Below, one piece after another: positions 45,068 to 55,673 of a stretch of 64,000 nt of DNA; the stretch's first letter is position 1, and every line of letters begins with the position of its first letter. The notes under the pieces were generated by a model that was not told the origin of the DNA, ran no database searches, and was given only the letters and a program-made list of their open reading frames with translations. The DNA is from an uncultured Pseudomonadota bacterium (GTDB lineage: Bacteria > Myxococcota_A > Polyangia > Fen-1088). The stretch spans positions 128,001 to 192,000 of the forward strand of contig CAWKBC010000017.1 of NCBI GenBank assembly GCA_963847705.1, read 5' to 3'. Made by a program: the position numbers and the translations under genes.

Positions 45068-46723
45068 ATGAATCGCGCGTCGGCGTTCCCGCCTGCGTCC
45101 ACCCGAACGCGGGCGGCGGGCGCACGCGCGCTCAAGTTCACCGCGCTGGCGGCGCTCCTGCCCTCGATCTGGGCCTGCTCGCTCAGCCAGAACGGGGTCC
45201 TTCCCCCCTCCGACACGTTCTTCTATCCGACCAGCGGCGTGATGAGCCCGACCGATCCGGCCGGGCAGTGGCTCTACGTGGCCAACTCGAACGCCGACCT
45301 GCGCTTCAACGACGGGACGCTGGTCATGGTCGACGTCTCCAAGGCCTACGCCGATCGACACGGGACCGGCCAGCTGGCCACCTGGGGGGCCTGCCCGCAG
45401 GCGGACTACGTCAATCCGCTGTCCCGCAACCTCCCCCCGACCTGCTGCTGGGATCTGCTGGACTCCAACATCCTCAACTGCGACGAGCGCCTGTACGTCG
45501 AATCCGACGCCACGGTGCTCATCGGCAGCTTCGCCGCGCTGATGGTCTGGCAGTCGTCCTGCGACGATCCCTGCCTCAAGTATCACGGAGAGACGTGTGT
45601 GGCCGACCCCAACGGGGGGCGGATCCTGATCGGCGTCCGGGGCGACACCTCGCTCACCTACGTCGACGTCGCGCCGGTCGGATGGCCGGGCAATGCGGCG
45701 CCGCACCCGGTCTTTCACTGCACGGGTGACGTCCCGACGACCCCCATGGCCGAGTGCGATCAGAAGGTGGTCGACACCAGCTCCTCGTTGGCCATCGAAT
45801 CGGGTGACCCGCAGGCGCCGGCGACCACGCTCCCGGACGAGCCCTACGCGCTGGCGCTCGACGACGATCCGCAAACGGGCCGCGGCTATCTCTACGTCGG
45901 ACATCTGGTGGGGAGCACCTCGGTCCAGGACACCGGCGGCGTCTCGCTGTTCGACGTCTCCGGCACTGGCTTCATCACCGCCGGTGAGTTCCCGCCGGCC
46001 CCCAGGTTCATCGCGCCGTTCGGCAGCCCCTTCCCGCCCAGCAGCGGCGGGCTGTTTGGGGTGACCGCGCTCAGCCTGCACGAGCCGCTGGGCTCGGACC
46101 CGGATCCCACCAACCGGCAGCTCTTCGTCAGCTCGCGCTACACCCCGCTGGTGACCGCGATGGTGCCGCTCGGGCCGTCGATCTGCGCCGGCGACCAGAA
46201 CGACGACGTCCTCGTGCCGTCCGGCAACAACACCCTGAACTCGAATCTGGTCGGTTCGGAGATGCGCGGCGTGGCGTTCATCGACCCCCTGCCGGGAAGT
46301 CAGGTCGACTATGCCCAGCGGGCCTACGCGCTCCAGCGGGTGCCGCCCGATCTGGTCGGCTTCGACATCGCCAACGACGTGGCGGGCACCGCGGTCGCCA
46401 CGCCGACCGACGTGCTCGAGACCTGCTCGAGCCCGACCTTTCTCTACCAGCACGTGGCGAGCGCTGCCGAGGGCCCCCGTCTCTTCGTCAACTGCTTCGA
46501 CACCGGCGAGGTCTACGTCTTCGATCCGTCGGGCCCGACGCTGCTCACCACCTTCGGGGTCGGTCGCGGCCCGGCCGGGATGGTGTTCGATGCCGTGCGG
46601 CCGCTGGCCTACGTGCTCGACTTCACCCAGAACGACGTCTCGGTCGTCGATCTGGCGCCGGGGAGCCCGACGCAGTACCACGTGATTCAGCGGCTCGGAT
46701 TTCCCACGGTGACGCCACGATGA
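45068..46723 (+). CDS. Beta-propeller (YncE-like) lipoprotein
   Basis: IWAC lipobox; blade motifs LYVANSN, LYVGH, LFVSSR, AYALQR, LFVNCF, AYVLDF; several Cys. Confidence 0.75.
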   Translation: MNRASAFPPASTRTRAAGARALKFTALAALLPSIWACSLSQNGVLPPSDTFFYPTSGVMSPTDPAGQWLYVANSNADLRFNDGTLVMVDVSKAYADRHGTGQLATWGACPQADYVNPLSRNLPPTCCWDLLDSNILNCDERLYVESDATVLIGSFAALMVWQSSCDDPCLKYHGETCVADPNGGRILIGVRGDTSLTYVDVAPVGWPGNAAPHPVFHCTGDVPTTPMAECDQKVVDTSSSLAIESGDPQAPATTLPDEPYALALDDDPQTGRGYLYVGHLVGSTSVQDTGGVSLFDVSGTGFITAGEFPPAPRFIAPFGSPFPPSSGGLFGVTALSLHEPLGSDPDPTNRQLFVSSRYTPLVTAMVPLGPSICAGDQNDDVLVPSGNNTLNSNLVGSEMRGVAFIDPLPGSQVDYAQRAYALQRVPPDLVGFDIANDVAGTAVATPTDVLETCSSPTFLYQHVASAAEGPRLFVNCFDTGEVYVFDPSGPTLLTTFGVGRGPAGMVFDAVRPLAYVLDFTQNDVSVVDLAPGSPTQYHVIQRLGFPTVTPR

Positions 46724-49700
46724 AGCGCTTCGGCCTGCTCGCGATCGCCACGGCGGCGGCCAGCTGCGGCCCGCCGACCAACCTGTTGCCGGTCAACGAT
46801 TTCGACCGGCCGACGGACGTCGCCTTCATGTGCTTCGGCGCGTTTCCGGAAGGGGGGGCCGACGGTGGCGTGACGGGCGCCAGCACCGGCACCCCGTTGA
46901 AGGTCTCCGGACGACCGATGCGGGCTTGCCACCCGCAGAACCAATACGATCCGGGCGCGACGCCGACGACCCGCACGTTCGCCTTCATGCCCAACAGCGC
47001 CGCCGGCACGCTGTCGGCGGTCGATGCCGATCACTGGAAGCTGGTCGACCTCAACCTCGACACGGCCGGCTACGGGACCGCTCCCCTCGGCCAGCTCCCC
47101 GAGCAGATCTCGGCCAGCGACGACGGTTGCCAGCTCATCTCGGCGAACCGCGGCTCTTGCGATCTGACCCTGGTCGATCCCTCGGTCCTGGTGGCGCCCA
47201 CCTTCAACGCCAACTACGGCAACGTCGATCTCACCAGCAACCCGTTGCGCACCGCCTCGCAGAACTTTCGTCCCATCAAGGGAGACGGGACGCTCTTGAC
47301 GGCCCCGCCGTACGAGGCGGTGTTCCTGCCCCAGGACACCAGCAGCCTGGTGACGGAGACGTCGACCAACCTGCCGATCCAGACCACGCAGACCCCGGTC
47401 TGCGGGGCCAGCGCGGCGGTCGATCCGGTCGGCTGGCCGGCCCAGCCGGCGCCGAAGTCCTGGTACGCGCTGGTGACCTACCCGTCGTGCGACCTCATCA
47501 CCCTGGTCGCGCTTCCGGGCGGGCAGATCGTGAGCGCCGCCTACGTGCGGCCCACGCTCGACAGCTACGGCAACAAGAGCGGCGTCACGCTGGTCGACGC
47601 CGGGACCTCTCCGGTCTGTTCGAGCGCACCCTGCGCCGGGCAGGCGCTTCCCCCGTCGACCGGTGTCACCTCGGACGCCGCTCTGACCATCGACGCGCAC
47701 GCGCCGACGCAGGCGGAGGCCGGAGTGTCCGACGGGGCCACGGCCGCCACCGACGCCGGAGGCGGCGCGGGTGGTGCGTCCGGCGCCCCCGGAGCGACCG
47801 GCCTGGGCGGGACCCCGGGTACAGGTGGAGCCCCGGGGGCGGCCGGAGCCGCCGGCGGCGCCGCCGCCGGAGCCACCGGCGGATCGCCGGGCGGGGCGTT
47901 GCTCGGGAACCAGTTCCCCGACGTCCCCTATTTCGGGCCGGGGCCGCTCAGCCCGAGCGGGATCGCCATCATCCCCGACGGCAGCCGGGCCTATGTCTCG
48001 CTCGCGGACGCGTCGTACGTCGTTTCAGTCGGTCTGACCAGCAAGGGGCTGACGCTGCCGGGGAACGGCATCTACCTGCACGAAGGGGCGCGCGGCTCGA
48101 GCCGGGTCCGCCTCAACGTCGACTGGAATCGGTACTTGACCAGCCCGGGCACCGCCGGTGTCTTCGTGGGCGCGCAGACCGCGACGGCGAACCCCGGGAC
48201 CACGCCCGACGCGAGCCGCGAATATCTGTACGTGATCGCGCGGGACGGGACGCTTCGGGTAATTCAGGTGCTGAATGCGGGCGCCGAGACCGAGTGCGAG
48301 ACCAACGCCGATCCTCAGAACCTCGCGCCCGGATTCTCGGCCGCGAGCCCCTGTATCCCCGTCGACCCGGCCCACCGCCGCCCGTTCAGCGTCGGCCCCG
48401 GCATTCATTTCCCCTCGTTGCCGATCGACGTCGCGGTCGCCGACATCGAGAACTCCCCCCCGGACAAGGGCGAGCAGTCGGTCAATGGCGCCTACGCCTG
48501 GGTGATCACCGACTCGGGCATCGTCTACCTGGTGAACCTCAATCCGGTCCTCCGCAACTACGGGGCGGTGGTGCCCACCGATCCGCCGCCCATGGCGCCG
48601 AACTATGCGGTCCTCTTCACGCCTCCCGGGGTGACCGAGTCGGAGCCCTTCGTGAACACCCTCCGCGACCGCAACGTGATCACCTACTCGCTGACGCTGG
48701 ATCCGAGCTCCGGGCCGCCGCGGGTCGACGTCTTGCCGAACCTTCCCGTGACCGGCCCGTACATCGAGCAGTTCTGGACCCAGGGTTCAATCTTCAACGC
48801 GACGGCGGTCAGCACCTCTTACGTGCAGACGGTGGCCTTCTTCCCGCAGGTCCCCAATCCGCCAAACTTCCAGGACCCCATCGATCGGCGTGCGATCACG
48901 GCCCAGACCTGGAACGTCGCCTGGGAGGGCGCCCTCTCTGGCGTCCGCAACAGCGGCCATCCATTGGCCAGTGAGCTCGGCCTGACGAACTTTCCCGGCA
49001 GCGGGGCGGGAGCGCTTCAGACCGATTCGCTGTTCCAGGACGGCGGCGTCAACTACTGCGCCACCGGCGTCGTCCCGGGCGATCTGGTGACGCTGACCGG
49101 TTGCACAGACAACACGCAGTGCGGTCTGGGCGAGGAGTGCGTGTTCGGCGACAGCGTCTCCTCGGCGGCGGCCGGGCTGACGGTCACCGGGATCTGCGTC
49201 GATCCCAACCGCTCGGAGGCGCAGACGGCGCTGTGCGCGAACTTCCTCGACAGCGTCCGTCGCTACGAGATCGAAGCCGCCTCTCCCACCAGCCTGATCA
49301 TCCGGCCGCACCTCGACGAGATCGTTCTGTCGTCGCTCAAGCCTTGTCAGCCTGCCACCTCGGCGGCACCGGACACCTGCCCCGACCTGGTGAACGATCT
49401 GACCTCCACCAACTTCAAGTGCGTGTCGAGCTACCCGGGCGGCGGGACCGGGAACCGTTGCCTCATGCCCTGCGCGTTGAGCAGCGACTGCCGCTCCGGC
49501 CGGCTGTGCGTCAACTTCGACACGGCCACCACGGTGCCGCCTTTCTGTGCGCGCAAGCCGGATGGTGGCACCTCCGACAGCGGGACGGCCGACGACTGTG
49601 CTTGCACCGGCCCGAACTGTTTCTGCGCCGACGCGCCGCCCTTCGACCACACCGGGAAGGCCTGCTTCGACCAGCTGGTGAACTACCAGGTCAACGCCGG

Positions 49701-50478
49701 CAAGACCTTCCTGGTGGCCGGCACACAGACCGGCGTGGTGGTCACCGCGGCGGTCCCGGGGAGCCCTGGCAATCCGGGCGCGACCTGCCTGCCCAACCCT
49801 GCGCCCGATCCGCGGTTCAGCTTCCGCATCCCGATGAACGGGCCGACCTGCAGCAACCCGCCCAGCGAGGTCGCGATGATCGACAGCCGTCTCGACCCGG
49901 ACTTCTATCCGACGATCGCCGCCCAGAATTCCACGCTGGTGAGCTTCGTCGCCTCGCCCCCGTCGCCCGCCGATCCCTGCCTTTACGTGGGTGGGCCAGC
50001 GGCCGGCGATCCGGTCACCGACCCGACGGCGCCCGTCGACCCGACGGCGCCCCCGCCCCCGAAGCACGTCAGGGCGCTGTTCCAGAATGCCCAGTTGAGC
50101 TTCGTTCTGGCCAACGTGGACCGGGCACCGAGCACCGAGTTCGTCACCAGCTTCGACGTTCACGGCGGGTTCGGCGCGCAGGTCGTCCAGGACCCGGTCA
50201 CCATCGAGGTCTCGATGCCCGCGCGCATCGTTCTCGGCCCCGTCGACTCGCTGGCGCAGGTGACGACCGGGATCGCGACGCCCACCTACGAGGTCCCTTA
50301 TCTCTTCGTCGTGGACCAGCATCGGCTCGGACGTGAGCAGGGCGGGGGGCCGACCCGCGGTCAGCTCCTGCGCATCAACCCGCTCGGCTACTCGGTGACC
50401 GTCGGATCCGCGCCGGTCGGCTATCAGCCGATCTTCGAGGATTACAACGCCACCGGCGGCCTCTTCCCGATCCAGTGA
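46720..50478 (+). CDS. Large Cys-rich lipoprotein with propeller-like segments and Gly/Ala-rich linker
   Basis: AASC lipobox; ATGA overlap with the upstream gene; PDGSRAYV, YLYVI, YLFVVD blades; C..N..C..GE.C and C..SSDCRSG..C modules. Confidence 0.75.
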   Translation: MKRFGLLAIATAAASCGPPTNLLPVNDFDRPTDVAFMCFGAFPEGGADGGVTGASTGTPLKVSGRPMRACHPQNQYDPGATPTTRTFAFMPNSAAGTLSAVDADHWKLVDLNLDTAGYGTAPLGQLPEQISASDDGCQLISANRGSCDLTLVDPSVLVAPTFNANYGNVDLTSNPLRTASQNFRPIKGDGTLLTAPPYEAVFLPQDTSSLVTETSTNLPIQTTQTPVCGASAAVDPVGWPAQPAPKSWYALVTYPSCDLITLVALPGGQIVSAAYVRPTLDSYGNKSGVTLVDAGTSPVCSSAPCAGQALPPSTGVTSDAALTIDAHAPTQAEAGVSDGATAATDAGGGAGGASGAPGATGLGGTPGTGGAPGAAGAAGGAAAGATGGSPGGALLGNQFPDVPYFGPGPLSPSGIAIIPDGSRAYVSLADASYVVSVGLTSKGLTLPGNGIYLHEGARGSSRVRLNVDWNRYLTSPGTAGVFVGAQTATANPGTTPDASREYLYVIARDGTLRVIQVLNAGAETECETNADPQNLAPGFSAASPCIPVDPAHRRPFSVGPGIHFPSLPIDVAVADIENSPPDKGEQSVNGAYAWVITDSGIVYLVNLNPVLRNYGAVVPTDPPPMAPNYAVLFTPPGVTESEPFVNTLRDRNVITYSLTLDPSSGPPRVDVLPNLPVTGPYIEQFWTQGSIFNATAVSTSYVQTVAFFPQVPNPPNFQDPIDRRAITAQTWNVAWEGALSGVRNSGHPLASELGLTNFPGSGAGALQTDSLFQDGGVNYCATGVVPGDLVTLTGCTDNTQCGLGEECVFGDSVSSAAAGLTVTGICVDPNRSEAQTALCANFLDSVRRYEIEAASPTSLIIRPHLDEIVLSSLKPCQPATSAAPDTCPDLVNDLTSTNFKCVSSYPGGGTGNRCLMPCALSSDCRSGRLCVNFDTATTVPPFCARKPDGGTSDSGTADDCACTGPNCFCADAPPFDHTGKACFDQLVNYQVNAGKTFLVAGTQTGVVVTAAVPGSPGNPGATCLPNPAPDPRFSFRIPMNGPTCSNPPSEVAMIDSRLDPDFYPTIAAQNSTLVSFVASPPSPADPCLYVGGPAAGDPVTDPTAPVDPTAPPPPKHVRALFQNAQLSFVLANVDRAPSTEFVTSFDVHGGFGAQVVQDPVTIEVSMPARIVLGPVDSLAQVTTGIATPTYEVPYLFVVDQHRLGREQGGGPTRGQLLRINPLGYSVTVGSAPVGYQPIFEDYNATGGLFPIQ

Positions 50479-50554
50479 GCCAGGGCGGCTGGCGGGCGAC
50501 CGCCGAACCACGGGAACTTGACGCGGACCAGGTGCGCGTAGAAACTACATGTAG

Positions 50555-52354
50555 GTGAGCAACGTGCGGCAGTTCAGTGCCCGTGAAACCGTTCGGGAAA
50601 TTCTGGTCCGGACGGTCAACGAGCTCGCGCGCGAGGGGTTCGTGGCCGCCGTGACCGGCGATTCCGTGTCGGTCGATCGCACCAGGCGCCCGGAGCATGG
50701 CGACTTCGCGTCCAACGTGGCGCTGACGCTGGCGAAGCCAGCCGGGAAACAGCCGCGCGCGGTCGCCGAGGCGATCGTGGCCCGGTTGCCGCTCGGCGGG
50801 CAGTCGCCGCTCGCCGAGGCGACGGTCGCTGGGCCGGGGTTCATCAACCTGCGGCTCGCTCCGGTGTTCTGGCAGGCGGCGCTCGGCGAGATGCTGGCGG
50901 CCGGCGCCGACTGGGGGCGAGGCGCGCCGCGCCCGTCGCCGAAGGTGCTGCTGGAGTACCTGTCGTCGAACCCGACCGGACCGATCACGGTGGCGCACGG
51001 CCGGGTGGCCGCCGTCGGCGACGCGCTGACGCGGCTGATGCGCTTCGCCGGTTACGCGGTGACGCCCGAGTTCTACATCAACGACGCCGGCAACCAGGTC
51101 CAGACCCTGGCGCTGTCGACCTGGGTCCGTTACATGGACAGCGCGCGGGCGGCCGACCCGAGCGTCCCCGAGGTGGCGTTCCCGGAGAACGGCTACAAGG
51201 GGGCCTACATCCGCGACTTTGGCCGGGCGCTCTACGAACGCGACGGCGCGCGCTGGGTCGGCGCCACGCCGCCGACGGGCGCCGACCTGGAGGCGATCCA
51301 GAGCTTCGCCATCGCGGCGTCGCTCGGCATCATTCGCGCCACGATGGAGCGCTTCGGGGTGACGTTCGATGTGTGGCAGAGCGAGCGCGAGCTGCACCGC
51401 TCGGGCGAGGTGACCGCCACGCTGGCCGGCCTGGAGGCCGCCGGTTTCATCGACCGCCACGACGGCGCCGTCTGGCTGAAGACGACCGCGCTCTGGGGCG
51501 ACGACAAGGATCGCGTGGTGATGAAGTCGGACGGGCTGCCGACCTATCTGCTGGCCGACATCGCCTACCACCTGAAGAAGCTGGCCCGCGGCTACGACGA
51601 GCTGTGCGACATCTGGGGCGCCGACCACCACGGCTACATCCCGCGCATGCAGGCCGCGCTGAAGGCCTTCGGCCACGATCCGGGCGTGCTGCGGGTGATC
51701 CTCATCCAGATCGTCAGCCTGTTGCGCGACGGGCAGCCGGTGGCGATGGGGAAGCGAGAAGGGGAGTTCGTGACGCTCGACGAGGTGATCGCCGAGGTCG
51801 GCCGCGACGCGACCCGGTTCTTCTACCTGATGCGTCGCCACGACACGGCGCTGGAGTTCGACCTCGAGCTGGCCAAGAAGCAGTCGATGGACAACCCCGT
51901 CTACTACGTCCAGTACGGGCACGCGCGCTGCGCCGCCATCATCCGGCGGGCGGGTGAGCTGGGAGCCGAGCGGCCGGCGTTCTCGCCCGAGCTGGCGGCG
52001 GAGCTGACCCTCCCCGAGGAGCTGGCCCTCCTGCGCCGCCTGGCGGAGTTCCCCGACTTCGTGGCCGACGCCGCCGCGGCGCGTGAGCCGAACCGGCTGA
52101 CCACCTACCTGATGGAGCTGGCGGGCGAGTTCCAGAGCTACTACACGCAGCTGCAGAAGGTCCACGGCGACACGATCCTCCCCCAGGAGCGCCAACGGAC
52201 CGGCGATTGGCGGGCGACCTGGAACTGGCGGAAGACGGCCGCCCGGCTCTACTGGGTCGACGCCATCGCCCAGGTGATTCGCACCGGGCTCTACCTCCTG
52301 GGCGTCTCGGCGCCCGAGACGATGGCCAAAACAACGAAAGAAGACGATTCATGA
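50555..52354 (+). CDS. argS: Arginine--tRNA ligase
   Basis: HGDFASN.A, AGPGFIN, EYLSSNPTGP..V.HGR, YINDAG.Q, GADHHGY, NPVYYVQY.HAR, LGVSAPE.M. Confidence 0.97.
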   Translation: MSNVRQFSARETVREILVRTVNELAREGFVAAVTGDSVSVDRTRRPEHGDFASNVALTLAKPAGKQPRAVAEAIVARLPLGGQSPLAEATVAGPGFINLRLAPVFWQAALGEMLAAGADWGRGAPRPSPKVLLEYLSSNPTGPITVAHGRVAAVGDALTRLMRFAGYAVTPEFYINDAGNQVQTLALSTWVRYMDSARAADPSVPEVAFPENGYKGAYIRDFGRALYERDGARWVGATPPTGADLEAIQSFAIAASLGIIRATMERFGVTFDVWQSERELHRSGEVTATLAGLEAAGFIDRHDGAVWLKTTALWGDDKDRVVMKSDGLPTYLLADIAYHLKKLARGYDELCDIWGADHHGYIPRMQAALKAFGHDPGVLRVILIQIVSLLRDGQPVAMGKREGEFVTLDEVIAEVGRDATRFFYLMRRHDTALEFDLELAKKQSMDNPVYYVQYGHARCAAIIRRAGELGAERPAFSPELAAELTLPEELALLRRLAEFPDFVADAAAAREPNRLTTYLMELAGEFQSYYTQLQKVHGDTILPQERQRTGDWRATWNWRKTAARLYWVDAIAQVIRTGLYLLGVSAPETMAKTTKEDDS

Positions 52355-53112
52355 GCCTGCGATACACTGCAGTGGCCAGCATGGATGGATCCTCGCTCGA
52401 AGACGCCGACCAGAACGTCGAGCGGTGGCGCGAGAAGATCGAGGTCAAGCTCGACAACCGCCAGGTCTTCTTCCTGTTCTTCGGCAGCGCCGTCGTCGCC
52501 TGCATGCTGTTCGTCCTCGGCGTGATGGTCGGCAAGCGGATCGAGTCGCGCGGCCAGGCCGACGCGCCGGTGTTGCAGGACCCGCTGGCGGCGCTCGATC
52601 GCGCCCACCAGCCACCGCCCGGCGTCGCCGCGCCCGATCCGCAGCTCACCTTCCCGAGCACGCTCGGGCTCGGGGGAGCGCCCAAGACGAAGGCAGGCCC
52701 GCACGCCCTCTCGTCCCTGCCAAAGGTCCTGCCGAAGGCTCCGGCGGCGCCGAGGATTGCGCCTGCGCCGAAGCCCATCGCCCTGGCCAAGCCGATTCCC
52801 GCGCCGAAGCCGAGCGCCGCCGCCCGGCCGATCGCGGCCGCCAAGCCGGCGCCGGCCGTTGCGCCGGCGGTCGATCCGGCCAAGGCGAAAGGGAAGTACA
52901 CGCTGCAGCTGAGCACCGTCACGACCTCGGCCGACGCCGATGCCCTCGTGCAGAAGTACCCGGGCGCGTTCGTCATCGCGGCCGACGTCCCCGGCAAGGG
53001 GATGGTCTACCGGGTCCGCCTCGGCAACTACGGCTCCTACAAGGATGCGGTGGCCGCCAAGGAGAGCTTCGAGAAGCAACACAGCACGATCGCGCTCATC
53101 GCCGCGCGATAA
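52351..53112 (+). CDS. SPOR-domain membrane protein (FtsN/DedD-like)
   Basis: Short cytoplasmic part, TM helix (FVLGVMVGK), Pro/Ala/Lys linker, YTLQL...YRVRLG.Y.SY..A SPOR domain; ATGA overlap with argS (alternative start 52381). Confidence 0.88.
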   Translation: MSLRYTAVASMDGSSLEDADQNVERWREKIEVKLDNRQVFFLFFGSAVVACMLFVLGVMVGKRIESRGQADAPVLQDPLAALDRAHQPPPGVAAPDPQLTFPSTLGLGGAPKTKAGPHALSSLPKVLPKAPAAPRIAPAPKPIALAKPIPAPKPSAAARPIAAAKPAPAVAPAVDPAKAKGKYTLQLSTVTTSADADALVQKYPGAFVIAADVPGKGMVYRVRLGNYGSYKDAVAAKESFEKQHSTIALIAAR

Positions 53113-53154
53113 CGGGCGAGCGCCGCCGGGCGGAGCCTGTCGACGCTCGCGCGA

Positions 53155-55650
53155 CTACTGGCGCAGCAGCGCCGCCTTCAGCTTCTCATCGTGGTGGCGG
53201 GTGGCGTCGATGGTCAGATCGGGCTTGAGGTCGATGTCGACCGTGATGATCTTCCCGGTGAAGTCAGCCAGCGGTGGGTACTCCGGGGTGACCGGCGCCC
53301 CCTTGTCGCAGCCGACGTCGAAGGTCTCGTCGAGCGAATAACCGAAGGCGGAGGTCCGGGGGATCTCCGCCTCGGCCACCTTGTCGCCGTCGACGAAGAG
53401 GCGGCCGATGCCGCCCGCTCCGAACTTCTCGCTGCCGCGCTTCTCGAACTCGTAGCGGATGATGTGCTTGCCCGGCTCGACGGTCTCGTCGGCGCGGATG
53501 TACGTCAGCTGCACGGCGCCGAGGTTGTAGCAGAACGTCGGTTTGCCCGCGTTCAGGTAGAGCGACCAGCCGTTGGTGTCGCCCCCCATGACCAGGATGG
53601 GACCGCTGGCGCCGCCGGCCGGGATCTCCACCTCGGCGTCGACCGACCAGGAGCGGTTCATGGTGTTGGGCGCCGCGTGCTCGGGGACGCGGATGGCGCC
53701 GGGCAGGAAACGGAACTTGGTCCGCGTCTGCAGCCCCTCGCGCGCCAGGCCCCGCTCCTGGAAGCGGTCGTCGAGCGGCAGCACGTTGTGCCGTCCCGCC
53801 TCCGCCCACCAGAGGCCCACGAGCTCGATCAGCTTCTTCACCATCGGATCGTCGAGGTTGGTGACGTTGCGCCCCGCCATCAGATCGTGGCACTCGCTGG
53901 GGTCCTTCTCGAGGTCGTAGAGCTCCCAGCGATCGTCGTCGAAGCCCCAGGCGGCGCGGTTCTCCCAGGGCTTGCGGCCGTGGAAGGTGACCGCCTTCCA
54001 TTTGCCATCGACGATGGCGCGGTTGCCCAGCATCTCGAAGTACTGCGTCGGGTGGTTGGTCGGCGCGTCGGGGGCGTCGAAGGAGTAGTTCATCGGGACC
54101 CCCTCGAGCAGCGCCTGCTGCACGCCGTTGATCGTGCCCGGGCGCTCGATGCCGATCGCCGCCAGGATGGTGGGGACGATGTCGATGACGTGGTGAAACT
54201 GCTCGCGCAGCTCCCCCTTGGCCTTGATGCCCTTCGGCCAGTGGACGACCAGCGGGTTCCGCGTCCCCCCGAAGTGGGTGTACTGCTTGCAAAGCTTGAA
54301 CGGCGTGTTGCCGGCCAGCGCCCAGCCGATCGGGTAGTGGTTGTAAGAGCCGGGCTGCCCGAGCTTGTCGATGTTGGCGAGGTTCTGCGTCTGGTCCTCC
54401 GGGACGTCGGCCGCCAGCGACATCTCGTTGAACACGCCGTTGAGCGTCCCTTCGCCCGACGAGCCGTTGTCGCCGACGAAGACGCAGCAGAGCGTGTTGT
54501 CGAGGTTGCCGCTCTGCTCGAGGAAGTCGATGAGCCGGCCGATCTGCTGATCGGCGTGCGACAGGAAGCCGGCGTAGACCTCGGCCATGCGCGCGAAGAG
54601 GCGCTTGTCGTCGGCGGAGAGCGTGTCCCACTTCTGTACCCCTTCGAGCATGGGCGCCAGCTCCGCCTCCGGCGGGACCACGCCCATCTCCTTTTGCCGC
54701 GCCAGCACGATCTCGCGGTACTTGTCCCAGCCCATGTCGAACTTCCCTTTGTACCTGGCGATCCATTCGGGCGCGACGTGGTGCGGGGCGTGGCAGGCGG
54801 CGAAGGCGAAGTAGCAGAGCCAGGGCTTGTCGGGCGCCACCGACTCGTGGTTTGACAGAAACGGGATCGCGCGGTCGGTGATGTCCTCGGAGAAGTGGTA
54901 GCCCTCCTCGGGGAGGCGCGGCTGGTCGATCGGTTCTTGATCGAGGTAGAGCTTCGGGTACCACTGACTGCTGTCGCCGCCGAAGAAGCCGTAGAACCGA
55001 TCGAACCCGAACACCGGCCCGGTCGGCCAGCGGTCGTAGGGGCCGGCGATGCTGGTCTCCTCGGAGGGGGTGTTGTGCCACTTGCCGAGCGCGAACGAGG
55101 TGTAGCCGTGCTCGTGCAGCATGGCGGCGATGGCCGCCTTGTCCTGGGGCTGGCGGCCGTTGTAGCCGGGGAAGCCGCTGGCCAGCTCGGTGATGTTGGC
55201 CATCCCGACCGAGTGGTGGTTGCGGCCGGTCAGCAAGCAGGCGCGCGTCGGCGAGCAGAGCGCCGTGGTGTGATGGTTGACGTAGGAGAGGCCGCCCTTG
55301 GCCAGCCGGGTGATGTTGGGCGTTTCGACGAGACCGCCGAAGGTGTCGGCCCAGCCGAACCCCACGTCGTCGAGCACGATGTAGAGGATGTTGGGCGCGC
55401 CGGGAGGCGCCTCGCGCGGCACAGGAAAGGCCGGCTCCGAGACGTCCCAGGTGCGGCCGATGCGCCCGGGGAACGGCTCCCCCTCATGGTAGGTCTTGAC
55501 CGCGGCGGGCTCGGGCGGTGCCGCCTTGCCGTTGCTGCCGTTGGTCTTGCCGCCGTTGGTCTTGCCGTTGCCGTCGTTGGTCTGGCCCGCGGGTCGGGCC
55601 TGGGGGCCGCCGCTTCCCGGGGTGCCTGGGGGCTTGCCTGGCTTGCTCAT
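53155..55650 (-). CDS. Arylsulfatase (Cys-type, formylglycine-dependent)
   Basis: PNILYIVLDDVG, CSPTRACLLTGRNHH, GKWH, HAPH, GDNG, LYDL..D..E..DL; C-terminal beta-sandwich; no signal peptide. Confidence 0.95.
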   Translation of the reverse strand: MSKPGKPPGTPGSGGPQARPAGQTNDGNGKTNGGKTNGSNGKAAPPEPAAVKTYHEGEPFPGRIGRTWDVSEPAFPVPREAPPGAPNILYIVLDDVGFGWADTFGGLVETPNITRLAKGGLSYVNHHTTALCSPTRACLLTGRNHHSVGMANITELASGFPGYNGRQPQDKAAIAAMLHEHGYTSFALGKWHNTPSEETSIAGPYDRWPTGPVFGFDRFYGFFGGDSSQWYPKLYLDQEPIDQPRLPEEGYHFSEDITDRAIPFLSNHESVAPDKPWLCYFAFAACHAPHHVAPEWIARYKGKFDMGWDKYREIVLARQKEMGVVPPEAELAPMLEGVQKWDTLSADDKRLFARMAEVYAGFLSHADQQIGRLIDFLEQSGNLDNTLCCVFVGDNGSSGEGTLNGVFNEMSLAADVPEDQTQNLANIDKLGQPGSYNHYPIGWALAGNTPFKLCKQYTHFGGTRNPLVVHWPKGIKAKGELREQFHHVIDIVPTILAAIGIERPGTINGVQQALLEGVPMNYSFDAPDAPTNHPTQYFEMLGNRAIVDGKWKAVTFHGRKPWENRAAWGFDDDRWELYDLEKDPSECHDLMAGRNVTNLDDPMVKKLIELVGLWWAEAGRHNVLPLDDRFQERGLAREGLQTRTKFRFLPGAIRVPEHAAPNTMNRSWSVDAEVEIPAGGASGPILVMGGDTNGWSLYLNAGKPTFCYNLGAVQLTYIRADETVEPGKHIIRYEFEKRGSEKFGAGGIGRLFVDGDKVAEAEIPRTSAFGYSLDETFDVGCDKGAPVTPEYPPLADFTGKIITVDIDLKPDLTIDATRHHDEKLKAALLRQ

Positions 55651-55673
55651 CGGCCGCTCCTTTCGTTCTGGGC

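Noticed and set aside
50546-50555. Palindrome ctacatgtag at the argS start
   Set aside because: A single 10-bp occurrence with no second copy seen; insufficient to call an operator.
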